Assembly: GCA_001600695.1 (NCBI GenBank)
Contig: BCKQ01000003.1
Coordinates: 966,654-1,030,653 of the forward strand
Source: Ascoidea asiatica JCM 7603
Lineage: Eukaryota; Fungi; Ascomycota
DNA: 64,000 bases
Direction of reading: 5' to 3'
How positions within the stretch are numbered: position 1 is the first letter of the stretch; every line of letters starts with the position of its first letter. The notes under the pieces are model-generated. The model searched no databases. It was not told the origin of the DNA and was given only the letters and a program-made list of their open reading frames with translations. This document shows, piece after piece, positions 24,025-37,080 of the stretch. Position numbers and translations under genes: made by a program.

Positions 24025-27000
24025 TTAATAATGGCTCTAATAATATTAGTAATAATAATTTAAAGAAAAATAATGAGGAAATTATACCAATATCAAATTC
24101 AAAATTAAATGCATATTCAAAATTAAATTTAAAACAAAAAAATAAAACTTTTAATAAAAATTCAATATTTAATAAAAGATCAAAATCTGATAATTATTAT
24201 TCAAAACATTCTTATTCTCATTCTCATCCACAACATTATCCAATATCACAACCAATTTCAAACTCAAATTTGAATTTAAATTTAAATTTAAATTCAAACT
24301 CCAATAATTTCTCAAATTCTCATTTAAAAACAAATTCAGTCTCAATAATTCAAAATTCCAACTCAAATATAAATACAAATTCAAATAAAAATTCAAATAT
24401 AAATTCAAATATAAATTGTTTTAAATATAATATTTCAAAAACTTCTTCAATTGATGATGATGTAAAATATTGGTCTCCATTTAATTCAATTAAAGAAAAT
24501 GATAAAAATATACTCTCAAATAATATCTCGAATAATTTCAATGATAAAAAATTCAATACTCCTTCTTCCGATTTTATACCTAATATTAATTCAAATAATA
24601 ATAATAATAATAATAATAACAATAACAATAATCTAAATATACTGAGTTTAGATCAATTAAATAATAATGATTTCAATACTATAAAGTTTGATGATAATTC
24701 TCCTATAAATAAATCAAATATTTTCAATAAAAGAGTAATAAAAGAACCAAGATCAAGATTAAAATCTTCAAAACAAATTTTTAAATCAAGTAATCTGAAT
24801 TCTAATAACTTTATTAATAATAATTATAATAATAATATAAAATCAGATTTATCTTCAACTCCAAATACATCCATAAATAGTATTTTTTCAAATAATAATA
24901 TAAATAATTCAATGAATTCTTCAAATGATACAACTTTTGATTCTTCATTTAATTTTTCTTTTAATAATATTTCAAAAGATTCTTCATCTCATCTTTTAAA
25001 TTCATATTCAATTCAAAATAAAAATTCTTCTTCTACTCCAACTATAAAAATGGTTACAAATAATAATTTTAATTCAAATAATCAAAATTCTTCATCACGA
25101 CCGACAAGTGTACCTTTAATAAAAAATTTATCATCAACTTCATCAACAAATTCGTCGTCTTTATCAAATGATAATAAATCTGCTTCTTATAAATTTGTAA
25201 AACCTTTACAAACTGCATTTGTTTCAACAGGTTTATTATCAAAATCATCAAAATTAAATAAAACCAAAATAAATAATAATATTTCAAATCCTATTATGAA
25301 TAAATTCACAAAACTACCTGTACCTCCTGAATCCCCATATATATTTAATAAGAATAAAAGAAATTTAAAACTGAATTTAGAAAGTATAAGTAATTTAAAT
25401 TCAAATTTAATACCAAAACTTCCTCCTGATACTCCTTGTAAAAAAAATTTATTGTCAAAAAATAATTTTATAAATTCTTCTAAAAGTAGAAGATCAAATT
25501 TATCTTCATATATTAATAATGATGATATAAAATATAAGAATGATTTCAATTATAATCAAGATAATGATATGGATATTGATTTAGAGCGTTTTGACCAAGA
25601 TCTTGAATTATCAGATTTCAATGCGCTGAATATAAAACCTTCTAAACCATTAGATTTTAATAAATTAAATGGTAGTTCTTCCTCTTTATCCTCGGATGCT
25701 TCATATTCCTCGATATCACCTTCTCCTTCAAAAAGGCCTTCAACTACTCCAACATCTGTTTTTCTAAGTACTTTGAAACTGAAAAACTCTCCTTTATCAA
25801 AAAGACCATTATCTAATTATTCAACAAATTCGAATTCTCATTTGATATCAAATCCTTCTCAATCTTCATTACTTGCTGGATCTATAAGACTAGTTACAAA
25901 TGATGATAAAATTGCCTCAAATTCTCGATCTTCTTTGATTTCTGCTTCTAAAAACTCTCCTTTATTAAGAGCATCGATTTTAAATAGCACTACTGATAAT
26001 AATTCAAGTAAACTTGATATTAATAACAAAAACTTACTCAGGCATGAATTTTCTAACTCTACTTTAACTACAGTAAGAAAAGTTCCTCAAAATGGAACTT
26101 CTGCTCATTCTTCTTCTTCCTCTTCTGCAAGATCTAGTCTAATAAATAGACATTCTGTTATGTATAATAATTTTGATAATGATATTAAAGAAAGTAGTCA
26201 TGTTCATAAAAATTTGGCTAAACAATTACAACAATTTGCGAAAACAAATGATCATTCAAATCATAATGGATATGACACCGATTCTAATTTAAATTTTGAA
26301 TATGATGATGAAGATGATGAAGATATGGATTATTCAACAACTCCAACTAAATTACCTCCTACTTCAATACCTAATGAAAGAACAGGAAGTTTAGTGGATG
26401 AAAATTCAATGAGTGCGGTAGTAGATGAAAAGAAAACAGATGTAAAATTAAAAAATATATTTACCTCTTTTAGAACTACAAATAATTGGAGTTTTAATAA
26501 TAATAATAGCAATTCTCCTGCACCTAAAACACCAGTTGAACTTTTTATGAGACGTTCTTCAGAATGCTCTGTTAATAATAAAGCCGTAATCAATGGAACA
26601 AAGAATATATTTAACAATGGAAAATCAGAAAACGTTGTTATATACCAAACCACACCTAATAATTCTAATACAAGCTTGAGCATTGAGACTCCATCCAAAG
26701 ATGCAACAACCCGACTGGCATGCTTAATGAGTGAATCATTTTCCAATTCTTTGATAAATACTAGAAAAAGAGGCGTGGATGATGAGTATTTAAATTCTAG
26801 ATTTCCAAATAATGTTCAACTTATTGGACAAGGTGAATTTTCAATTGTTTACGAAGTTGAATATAAAAACACAAAATATGCAGTGAAAAGAGCAAAAATC
26901 CCTACCTCCAAAATATTTAGAAAAGCAAGACAAGCCAAGTTGTCATTTAATGAAATCCAAGAGTACAAAAAAGATGATAAATACGCTTTAAGATTTGATA

Positions 27001-28487
27001 ATGAAAATGAAATAGAGGTGGTTTCAAAATTAGTTTCTGGAAATAAAAAATTGATAAATTTCAATCCAGATGAAGAAATTGAAATTCTTAATCTGTTGAA
27101 AAGAAATAGATCTAAATTTCAAGGATCTGATTATTTAGTAAATTATATTACTAACTTTAATTCGGATAATTTCAATTATATTGTAACAGAATATTGTGAA
27201 AATGGTTCGTTAGATAAATTTCTTGAAAAAAGTGGAACCAATGAAAAACTTGATGAATTTAGAGTTTGGAAAATAATGCTTGAAGTATTGGCAGGTCTCA
27301 ATTTTTTACATTGTAATAATATCTTACACTTGGATTTAAAACCTGCAAATATTTTTATAAATTTTGAAGGTTGGCTTAAAATTGGTGATTTTGGATTATC
27401 AACAAAATTAGATATCAAAGATCGAAATGAAAATTCAAACCATGATAGAATTATTAGATCTTCATTTGAAAAAGAAGGTGATCGAGAATATATAGCTCCT
27501 GAGATATTACTTCGAAGTGAATATGGAAAACCAGCAGATATATTTTCACTTGGATTAATGATGGTTGAAATTGCTGCGAATATATATTTACCAGATAATG
27601 GATTGAGTTGGCAAAAATTAAGATCAGGTGATTTATCTGATGCTGGAAGATTATCTTCAAGAGATTTAAATAATTCATTGAAGGTTTCTTCTACAATGTC
27701 AACAAGTCGTACCAGCAAAACTGGAAATGCAGGAAGTACTGGCTCTTTCTTAACAGTTAATAATCTAACTGATGATTCTAGTGCTGTTTTCAATTCTTCA
27801 AGTTATAATTTTAATTCTTTAGGTGATATAATTGAAGCTTCAAATGATGAGGGAAGTAAGAATATTATTTTGAGTCATTTAAACAAAAGAAACAACAGTG
27901 CTGGAGGAAATTCCAATAATTTAATCAATAAGAAGAAATTCTTGAGACAATTCATCAAAGATGGAGAAACTTTAGATTTAGTTGTTAAATGGATGATTGA
28001 GCCTGAACCTAAGAATAGACCAACTTGTGAAGGTTTATTGAACTTATATGAATTACAATGTGTTGAGATTAAACGGGCAGCAGGTGCAATAATTTATGAA
28101 GGAGATTATGGGCCATCGCTTGAAATTATTGATAACGATATTAAGTCAAGAAGAAGAAAAATTAATATTCGAGAAAATAGTATCAATGATTTATCAAGTA
28201 TACTCTCAAATGGAATTAATGATGAAGTTGAAGTTTCAGATATTTATGATTACTTAAATACATTTAAAAGTGCTGCTGATTCTTATCAGGTCAATAAATT
28301 TCAGAAAAATAATGGAAAAGGTAATGATGAAAGTCTGAATAATTATAATAATAATGAAAATATGGATCTTAATAATAATAATGGTACTGTACCATTATCT
28401 TATAATAAGTTATCATATAATTTATCTCATAACAATCTCTCATACAATAATAATAATGATTCTAATATTCCTACTCAAAATATGTGA
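23445..28487 (+). CDS. SWE1: Wee1-family Cdk tyrosine kinase, 1680 aa with a long Asn-rich N-terminus
   Basis: YKFVKPLQTAFVSTGLLSK, PPDTPCKK, IGQGEFSIVY, HLDLKPANIF, EGDREYIAPE and WQKLRSGDLSDAGRLSS motifs. Confidence 0.97.
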
Positions 28488-29301
28488 TTTGTTTTATCTA
28501 AAATACTTTTTTTTTTCTTTTATTTTCAATCTTTTTCTTTTGATTATTACTTAATTTCAAGGACTTTGTTTTAATTTCTAATTTTCTTTTATTCGCTTTC
28601 AAATTCTTGTTTCCTTTTTTCAAAAAAAATCTATGTTTTTCAAACTAATTTTATTTGGTGGTGGTATTTACAGATTATTTTTTTTTTTTTCAATTCTCTT
28701 TGTAATTTTTTTCTCGTCATGACCTTTTATTGGTTTTTTTTTTTAATTCAGCTGTTTTTTTTATTTATGTTCTCATTTTTATTAAATTTTGTTGCTTTTT
28801 GTTTTGTTTTGTTTTGTTATTGTGTACTCTGAAAGGATAAAGAAAAAAATATTTTTGTCTAATTATTTTATTTTCTAATTCTTTTTTTTATATATCTTTT
28901 TTGCTTTTTTTTCTAAGGGAGTTTTGTAATATTTAGATCTTTCATTTAATGGATATTTTTATTATTTTTTTTGACATACTTTTCAAAAACAATGAAGCAT
29001 CTCAATTATTTCAAATCTGTAGAATCTGAAGATTTTCGTACAGTTTTACACTAAAAATGTCTTAACTTACCATGTGAGTGGATGTTGGATGTTAATATTG
29101 GATTATTTTCTGAATTGAAATATTCTTTGAGTGATTAATTGATAAAATTAGTTGAATTCTCTTAAAGGTTTATTTAAAGCTTTGATGAGACTGTGATACA
29201 AATTTTATCATAGATATAATAGATATATTCAAGAAAAAACAATCTATAGTCTTACAAATTCATCAAGATATTAAATTATTAACTAATTAAGTAATTAAAT
29301 A

Positions 29302-29615
29302 ATGGAAAAGTTTTCAAACTGGAGAGACAAAGGAACAGGTATTGCACCTTTTATTCCAATTAGAGATATTGATAATTATGAAGATTCAAAATTTCTTAAA
29401 ATAATTTCAAATTGTTTTAAATGGATAATTTTTTTAATTAAATTACCAATTTTTATAATTTTTTTAATTTTATTTTGTTTAATTCCTATAAAGTTTATTA
29501 GAAATTTAATTATTTATTTTGGATTTGAAATTTTAATTTCAAATAATTTTTTTTTTGGAAAATTTAAATTTTTAAATTTAAAATTTGAAAAACAATTTAA
29601 TAAAAGAAAAAATAA

Positions 29616-29652
<37 letters not shown>

Positions 29653-30303
29653 TTATTTAATAAAGATGAAATTTATATTGTTAATTTCACAAGTCCATTA
29701 GATTTTTTAATTTTATATTATAATTGTTTAAATGAAAATATAAAATTTTTAATTAATGATAATAATGGAATTTTACATAATTATTCAATTTTCAAAGGAT
29801 TTAAATATGCAATTGAAATTCCAAAATTATTCAAGAAAGATAAATATAATGATAGTTATAATGATAATTATAATGAAGAAGATATTTTAAAAGATAAAAA
29901 GAATATTATATTTATATTTCCTGAAGGTACAACAAGTAATGGTAAAGCAATTTTAGGATTTAATAATGAAGAAAATAAATTACCAAATATTATTAAAAGT
30001 GATAGAGAAATTAAGATTATAAATATTAGAATTAATCCAAATAAATTGAATACACCAATTCCAATGAATTTATTTTATTATTTATTTAAATTATTAAGTA
30101 ATTTAAGTATGATAAATTTTAATTTAAATGTTCGTACAATTAAATTTGAAAATGAAAATGAAAATGAAAATGAAAATGAAAATGATTTTATTAGAAATGA
30201 AGAATTATGGGATAAGATTAGAATGGAATTTCGAGTAAATAAAGTGAGTAAGAAATTGAATATTTATGAAAAAATAGAATTTTTAAAAAAATATTTTAAA
30301 TAA
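29302..30303 (+). CDS. LOA1: Lysophosphatidic acid acyltransferase Loa1/Vps66
   Basis: MEKFSNWRDKGTGIAPF, NFTSPLD and IFPEGTTSNG motifs. Confidence 0.92.
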
Positions 30304-30359
30304 TGAAAATGATTGATTATATTAAGTTATTATTTATTATTTATTATTTATTATTATTA

Positions 30360-31079
30360 TTATTTTTGAATAAATTTTGGTAATTGATTTTTATGTTTTA
30401 AATAAATTAAATAATTAATTAAAATTTTATTAATTTTAAAATTTTGAATAAATTGTAAATCTAATTCAGATTTATTTAAAATTGAAGCAAATTTATTATA
30501 TTCACTAAATATACCAGCATATGACCAATTTTGTAAAAAAGATCTAATAATTCCAATTAAAACACCAATTCTATGTTTACCTTTATTTGAATGAATTAAA
30601 ATTGGATAATTTGATTTATTTAATATTATTAATAAACAATATGTTATAATAATTGGATTATTATTAATATTATTTATATTATTAAAGTTATTTATATTAT
30701 TTTCTTTTAAATTTTTTAAATTTTTTAAATTTTTTAATTTTTGAAAATTTAATGGATTAAAATAATAAAATTTTATTGAATTTTGAGATTTTATCCATTT
30801 ATAATATTGATAATTATCTTCTTTATCACCAATATAAATAATTGTTTTTAAATTTAATTTTTCTAAAAATTTAAAATTTATTGGTACTGGATGACCAGAT
30901 CTATAAATTGAATCTTCAACTATAGAGAAATTTAAAGGAGGAACATATAATGGAATTTTTCTTTTTATATTTATAGGTTTAATTATTTTATTATTATTAT
31001 TATTAATATCTGAATTAGTTTTATCCATTTCATTATTTTGAGAATTATAATAAATTTTTGAATCGATCTGCAACTCCAT
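30360..31079 (-). CDS. OCA2: Oca/Siw14-family pseudophosphatase Oca2
   Basis: YVPPLNFSIVEDSIYRSGHP and P-loop HSNKGKHRIG with Ser in place of the catalytic Cys, as in Oca2. Confidence 0.85.
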   Translation of the reverse strand: MELQIDSKIYYNSQNNEMDKTNSDINNNNNKIIKPINIKRKIPLYVPPLNFSIVEDSIYRSGHPVPINFKFLEKLNLKTIIYIGDKEDNYQYYKWIKSQNSIKFYYFNPLNFQKLKNLKNLKNLKENNINNFNNINNINNNPIIITYCLLIILNKSNYPILIHSNKGKHRIGVLIGIIRSFLQNWSYAGIFSEYNKFASILNKSELDLQFIQNFKINKILINYLIYLKHKNQLPKFIQK

Positions 31080-31350
31080 TTTTATAGTTTTTTTTTGGTT
31101 TTTTGAAAATCAATGTTTATGTTTGATAAGTATTATATTCATAATCCTTTCTGGTTATTCATAGAATCTTTAATATTTAATGAAAGCTTTTGAAGATTTA
31201 GTTATCAATATATCAATAACCATTTGAATATAAACATTTGAATATAAACATTTGAATATAATCAGTTTATATCCATTCGATTAGATTTTAATATGCACTG
31301 AAACAATAAAAAGATAAAAGATAAAGATAATAAAAAAGCAATAAAAAACA

Positions 31351-31422
31351 AGCTCACTCCCAGGTTCGAACTAGGGACCAACAGATTTGCAATCTGCTGC
31401 GCTACCACTGCGCCAAGTGAGC
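31351..31422 (-). tRNA. tRNA-Cys(GCA), intronless
   Basis: Reverse complement GCTCACTTGGCGCAGTGGTAGCGCAGCAGATTGCAAATCTGTTGGTCCCTAGTTCGAACCTGGGAGTGAGCT folds as a cloverleaf with anticodon GCA and discriminator U. A T6 Pol III terminator follows at 31343-31348. Confidence 0.98.
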
Positions 31423-31907
31423 AAATCTTTTTTCAAGAGCAATTTATTGTCTTTCTATGCATAAAATTATAGTACCCAATGTGTATTAATAATCATCAAT
31501 ACTTTTTTTATTAGTACCATTGTTTTGGTTTCTACAATATCTGGTCAGATGATTACTGTGAGTCCAGTTCCACGGCACTCTTATCATTACATAATCACTA
31601 CGATAATCACTACGATAATCACTACAGAAAATACAGTATGGTTGTTAACCAGTTTTTTGTTATTAATATTTATGATAATATGATAATATGATAATATGAT
31701 AATATGATAATATGATAATGCTATGAATATAAAATAAAAAAAAAAAAGATATATGCACTATTTCATTAGTAAAAGTAAGATAAATAGATATGAGAAATAA
31801 GAATGAGAATGAGAATGAGAATGAGAATGAAATTGAGAATGTGAATATAATATAATATATATTTTGGATATTAGTATAGAAAAATACTTTTTTTGCTTAT
31901 TTTTCTA

Positions 31908-32042
31908 TTAGCTTGTAATTATATTATAATATCTTCTATGACAATTACGACAAACAGCTATGCCTTCTTCATTCCAATATTCACAAAATGGACAAAATGT
32001 AAATTTAACAGTTTGTTGAGTTTCTTCTTCACCACTACTCAT
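31908..32042 (-). CDS. Unannotated 44-aa zinc-ribbon (RanBP2/NZF-spacing) microprotein
   Basis: MSSGEEETQQTVKFTFCPFCEYWNEEGIAVCRNCHRRYYNIITS followed by tandem TAA TAG. AAAATG start context and host-typical codons. Confidence 0.7.
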   Translation of the reverse strand: MSSGEEETQQTVKFTFCPFCEYWNEEGIAVCRNCHRRYYNIITS

Positions 32043-33626
32043 TTTAAAATTATATTTATTTCTTGATATAATGATAATTGATAATTGATAATTGATTGTT
32101 GATATAATTGAATATAAGTAAATATAATGAATATTTATATATAATATGTAAATTGAAAAGTAAATGATAATTTATTAATTAATAAAAGTAAAATTGACGG
32201 GAAGTTGATCATTTATATAATATTTGAAAATCATTTAATATTAGTTAGTATACTATTAACTTTTACAATAAAATTTACATTCATTTACAATTATATTTCA
32301 ATTATTTCAAATTTACATTTAAATTTACATTTAAATTTACATTTCTATCTTCATTTTCAATACAATTTTTATAATATATAAAATTCAATCTCAGAGTAAA
32401 AACTATATTAAATTTCAATAATAAATAAACAATCAAACAAAGGAATTAAAACAATAATAAATAATTTCAAGGATTAAATCGCCTATGAAGATTGTAAAAA
32501 AATAATTAAAACTAGAAAATACTTAGTCAAATATCACATATTACAAAAATCTAAGAGAAATATGTCGTGGGATATTAATTTAGTTGAATTAATCAAATTA
32601 ATTAGTATTAAGTATATTATTGAGTAAGTATATTGAATATATTGATTATATATTGAGAATTGAAGTAATGTAAAAAATTAAAATTATATATACCAAAAGG
32701 GAATTGAAGTAGAAACGTGGTTCCCGAAACGAGAGATGCCTTTCAAATAAATTTCATTTTTAAATAGTTTCTTTAAGTAATAAAGATCTGTCGACATTTT
32801 ATAACGACACAGGAAAAAAGACACCAACTAATACAAGTACTAATATTAGTACTAATATTAGTACTAATAAAAAAAATGACAAAGAGTTGTTTGTATTCGC
32901 TTATTTCAAGGGATATCTTCTCATTTTTTTTACTCTTTACAGCATTTTTCCAAAATCTTGAATATTACAATTAATCTATCACATTATTATTGATTTTATT
33001 ACTATTTTAAAAGAAAATAATAATAAATGAGCTTTTTAATTATCAATAAGCTCCCTCTTTATCAGGGTCTCCCTACAAATATTTCAATTGCAAAAAAAAA
33101 AAAAACATATTTAAACTACTTCTCTCAAAGACTTTCGTTAAATTTTGATTAAGAAAGGATTGAAATTTTTATGAAATTCTAATGATACATTTGTAAGACT
33201 TTTCTGAGACTTTTTTCACCACGGTTTTTATAATCTAAGACAAATTAAAAGGCCCGTTGTAACTTAAGTGTAACATTAAAAACCTTTCATCATATTCAAT
33301 TTCAAATATTCAATTGATGGGTGAATAATTATTGAATTGTTTGAATTGTTTGAATTGATTGATTAATTGATTGATTATAAATGGTGATGTGATTGAGTGA
33401 ATTGACTTGGATTTGCTTTGTGTTTTCAGTGCTTTTCTTGCTTTGTTTTATTTCTTCACTATTTCCTCAGTAGAACAAACAAGTCGGAAGAGGCGCGTGG
33501 TGTGGAAACAAAGAAAATCATAAAAAGTAAAGCAAGACCCGCAATTATGGACTCTACTATAAACTCCCGCAATTATGGACTCTTCTCTTCCACGTGCCGT
33601 TTTGTTTTCCTATTTTTTTTATTTTT

Positions 33627-33635
33627 ATTTGTGGC
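33627..33635 (-). promoter_or_regulatory. Middle sporulation element (Ndt80 site) GCCACAAAT upstream of SPS1
   Basis: Exact match to GNCRCAAAW inside the GC-rich island about 570 bp before the SPS1 ATG. SPS1 is an Ndt80-dependent middle gene in S. cerevisiae. Confidence 0.6.
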
Positions 33636-34202
33636 AGCACATGACCTGTTTTGTAGTTTCTGGGGGCAAAAGCAGCAAAAGCAGCAAAAGCAGCAGAGGC
33701 AGCAGAGGCAGCATTGAAACCATCGCTGGCTCCAAAACCATCAAAAGAACCATCTCTCTTACGCCCTCATTACTCTCTATCCATTCTTATTCTTTGGAAC
33801 AACTTAAACAGTCATTGATTCAATATACAAGAATTCAAATATTCATTCTCAATACCTTCTTTTATATTTTAAATTTAAATAATTATAGCTTTAAAAATAT
33901 ATAAATGCTTTCAAAAATTATCTAATCTCAAAAAAATCATATATCCATTAATATAATTTAATTTATATATATTTTAAAAACTTTTTTTATGCTCACTTTA
34001 CTAAATAATTTTTTAGCTTTATTTTAAAAAAAAAAAATTTTAATAATATTAATATAAAATTGCTAATTAAAATTCTATATATTGTATAAATTTATTATTT
34101 ATTTATTTACTTACTATATTAAATATCAATCAAGTAAAAAATTCAATTCATTTCATTTTTATGTATATACAATATAATTCATTAAATCATTAATTTTTAA
34201 TA

Positions 34203-35313
34203 ATGGAAAATCAAGAAATAAATCCATTTGATAAATATGATATTCATGAATGTGTAGGAAGAGGAAATTTTGGTGATGTTTTTAAAGCGTAAGAATTACC
34301 TTAAAATGATTATATTCATATCATATCATATCATATCATATTATATTATATTATATTATATTATATAATTGAATATCTAACAAATAATAAAAATAATAAA
34401 TTAAATAATAAATTAATTAATATTTAAATAAAGTGTTGAAAAAAAAACAGAAAAAATAGTTGCAATAAAAGTAATTAATTTAGAAACTTCAGAAGATGAA
34501 GTTAATGTTTTAATTCAAGAAATTGCTTTTTTATCTCAATTAAGATCTCAATATATAACTAATTATTATGGTACTTATATTCATGATGTTTCAATGTGGA
34601 TTGTAATGGAATATTGTGGTGGAGGTTCATGTGCAGATTTATTAAAATGTCATAAAAAATTAAATGAAGATATTGTTTCTTATATTATTAGAGATACTTT
34701 AAAAGGTTTAGAATATTTACATTCAGAAAAAAAAATTCATAGAGATATAAAATCTGCAAATATTTTATTAACAAATCATGGTCAAATAAAATTAGCTGAT
34801 TTTGGTGTAAGTGGACAAATTAGTGAAAATACAATTAAAAAAAATACTTTTGTTGGTACTCCATTTTGGATGGCTCCTGAAGTTATTACAAGAAAACTTG
34901 GTTATAATGAAAAAGCTGACATTTGGTCTTTAGGTATAACTACAATTGAATTAATTACTGGTTCTCCACCATATTCAGAATATGAACCAATGAAAATTTT
35001 ATTTCAAATACCAAAAAGACCTGCTCCAATTTTAGTTGGAATTAATTATAGTGAAAGTTTAAAAGAATTTATAAAATTTTGTTTAATTAAAGATCCAATT
35101 AAAAGACCTTCTGCAACAAATTTATTAAAACATAGATTTTTAAAAGTTTGGAAAAGAAATATAAATTTAATTAATTTAATTGAAGAAAAAAATCAATGGA
35201 TGTTAAAACATAGATCTGGTAATAAAAAACCAAGATATCCAATTGAAATTTATAATAGTAAATCTGAAAAAAGTCCAAGAAATCCAAATTATTTTAAAAA
35301 AAAAAATATTTTA

Positions 35314-35373
<60 letters not shown>

Positions 35374-36138
35374 TATATAAAAAATTCAAATAGTGGATCA
35401 AGTGAAGATTATAATAAAGAAAATGATTTTAATTCAAAACAAATAATTTGGTCGTTTAGTGTAAGAAATAAATCATTTAAAAGTTATAATAATAATAATA
35501 ATAATAATAATAGTAATAAAAATTCTTCAAAAGATGGATATTCAGATTGTAAAAGTAGTCCAATGACAGGAATAACAAATTCTGAAGTTATTAGTGCTTC
35601 TACAGTTAAAACAAGTCCAAGTCCACATATTCTTCAAGATTTTGAATTAAATTTAGAAAAAAATCCATATTTATGTTTAATTGAACAAGAAAAAAAAATA
35701 TTATCTAAATCTATAATAGAAAATGGTGATAAAAGTAATGATAACAATAATGATAATGACAACAATAATGATAATGAAATGAAAATTTCAATGAAAAGAG
35801 AAATAAATAGTGAAGAAAGAATAAATAAATCAATATCGGATATTGAATCACCAAAGATATCAGAACTTTCAATTGAAAATGGATATACTTGTGAGAATGG
35901 TAATACTGGCAATTCTGGTGAAAATGAAGAAGCTGATGAAAATGAAATTGATTATTTAAATGATATTCTTTTATATTGCTTTAAAAGAGTGGCAAATAGA
36001 GCTAAAACTTTAGAAACTAAAACAACAGTATTGAAATTAAGAAAAATATTTATTGAATATGAAATGGAACAACCAGGATTAAGTGAAGCTATAATTGAGG
36101 AATTGTGGTTACGTATGAAGTCTTTAAAAGGAGGTTAA
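34203..36138 (+). CDS. SPS1: Ste20/GCKIII-family sporulation kinase Sps1; two exons (34203-34288, 34434-36138), 596 aa
   Basis: Exon 1 encodes the Gly-rich loop (VGRGNFGDVFKA). Exon 2 continues in frame with VAIKVINLE, HRDIKSAN, DFGVSGQ and FVGTPFWMAPE. The C-terminal DYLNDIL...RAKT...PGLSEAIIEELWLRM block is Sps1-like. Confidence 0.88.
34289..34433 (+). other. Spliceosomal intron in SPS1 (145 nt)
   Basis: GTAAGA donor, ATCTAAC branch-like site at 34375-34381, first downstream AG is AAG at 34431-34433. Removal restores the kinase reading frame. Confidence 0.88.
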
Positions 36139-37080
36139 TTACAAAATAAATGTTTAATGATTGTTCAATGATTGGTTATTGTGTTTTATTCTCTAGAAAA
36201 ATTCAAGAAATAAAGCTTTTTAAAATACACATTTATTCAATATTTATTATTGTACGTATTGAAAAATGAAATCAGACGAGGAACCGATATAGAGACCAGA
36301 TTTACGGGTCTAAAACAAGTTTACTTAACTGCGCCTTTTGAGTATCTGAATATGGTATTTTTGAGGCTGATTAACCATTCGCAGATCTGAGTGTGGCCAG
36401 GTGTTTTTAACGCCAATTAATTTCAAAATGGGAGCCACCAACAGCCAGAACACAACCGGAACTTGAAAATTCCCCGAAATGGCCATCAACCCCCGGCTTT
36501 TCCCGTGACCGTCTCTTCTTTTTCCGGCTGCCGCCCCCGTGCAACCAGGCTCTTTGCTCTGTTTCTGCTCGTGCCCAAAGTACTGCGTTGTTAAAGCTGC
36601 ATTAAATCTATGGCAGAACCCTCTCCTCTTTGCACTGTTTGTACAGTGCTGTATTGGTGTATTATTTATTAAAGCCAATTTCAATCTTACTTCAAAGGTG
36701 AAAATCTTAAAGATTATATTGAACAAGACACCAAACAAAACAGAAATCAATAATCAATTCAAAATATTCATAAAAAAAATATTATATTTGAAAATATATA
36801 TAAAATATATTAAAATATTCAAACAAATATAATATATTTTCCAAGTTGAAAGAAGTAATCCTTGTGAGCTTCAATTATAATTATAACTTTCATTTTTTTT
36901 TTTATCGAAAATTGAATTACTCGATCTAATTCAGATCAAATTTAGATCAAATTTGAATCAAGTTTAACTCTTAAAACACAAACAATTAATCTCATAAACT
37001 GAAATAAAAACAAAACATAAAGTATTGAAGATTAAATATATATATATATATATATATAAGACACATTACATAATATAATA

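Noticed and set aside
29064-29073. ATG|GTAAGT on the minus strand resembling a micro first exon
   Set aside because: It leads into the antisense of the SWE1 3'UTR, with no branch point or coding second exon.
30360-31079. Catalytic Cys-to-Ser change in the phosphatase P-loop
   Set aside because: This is the normal state of Oca2 pseudophosphatases, not a novelty.
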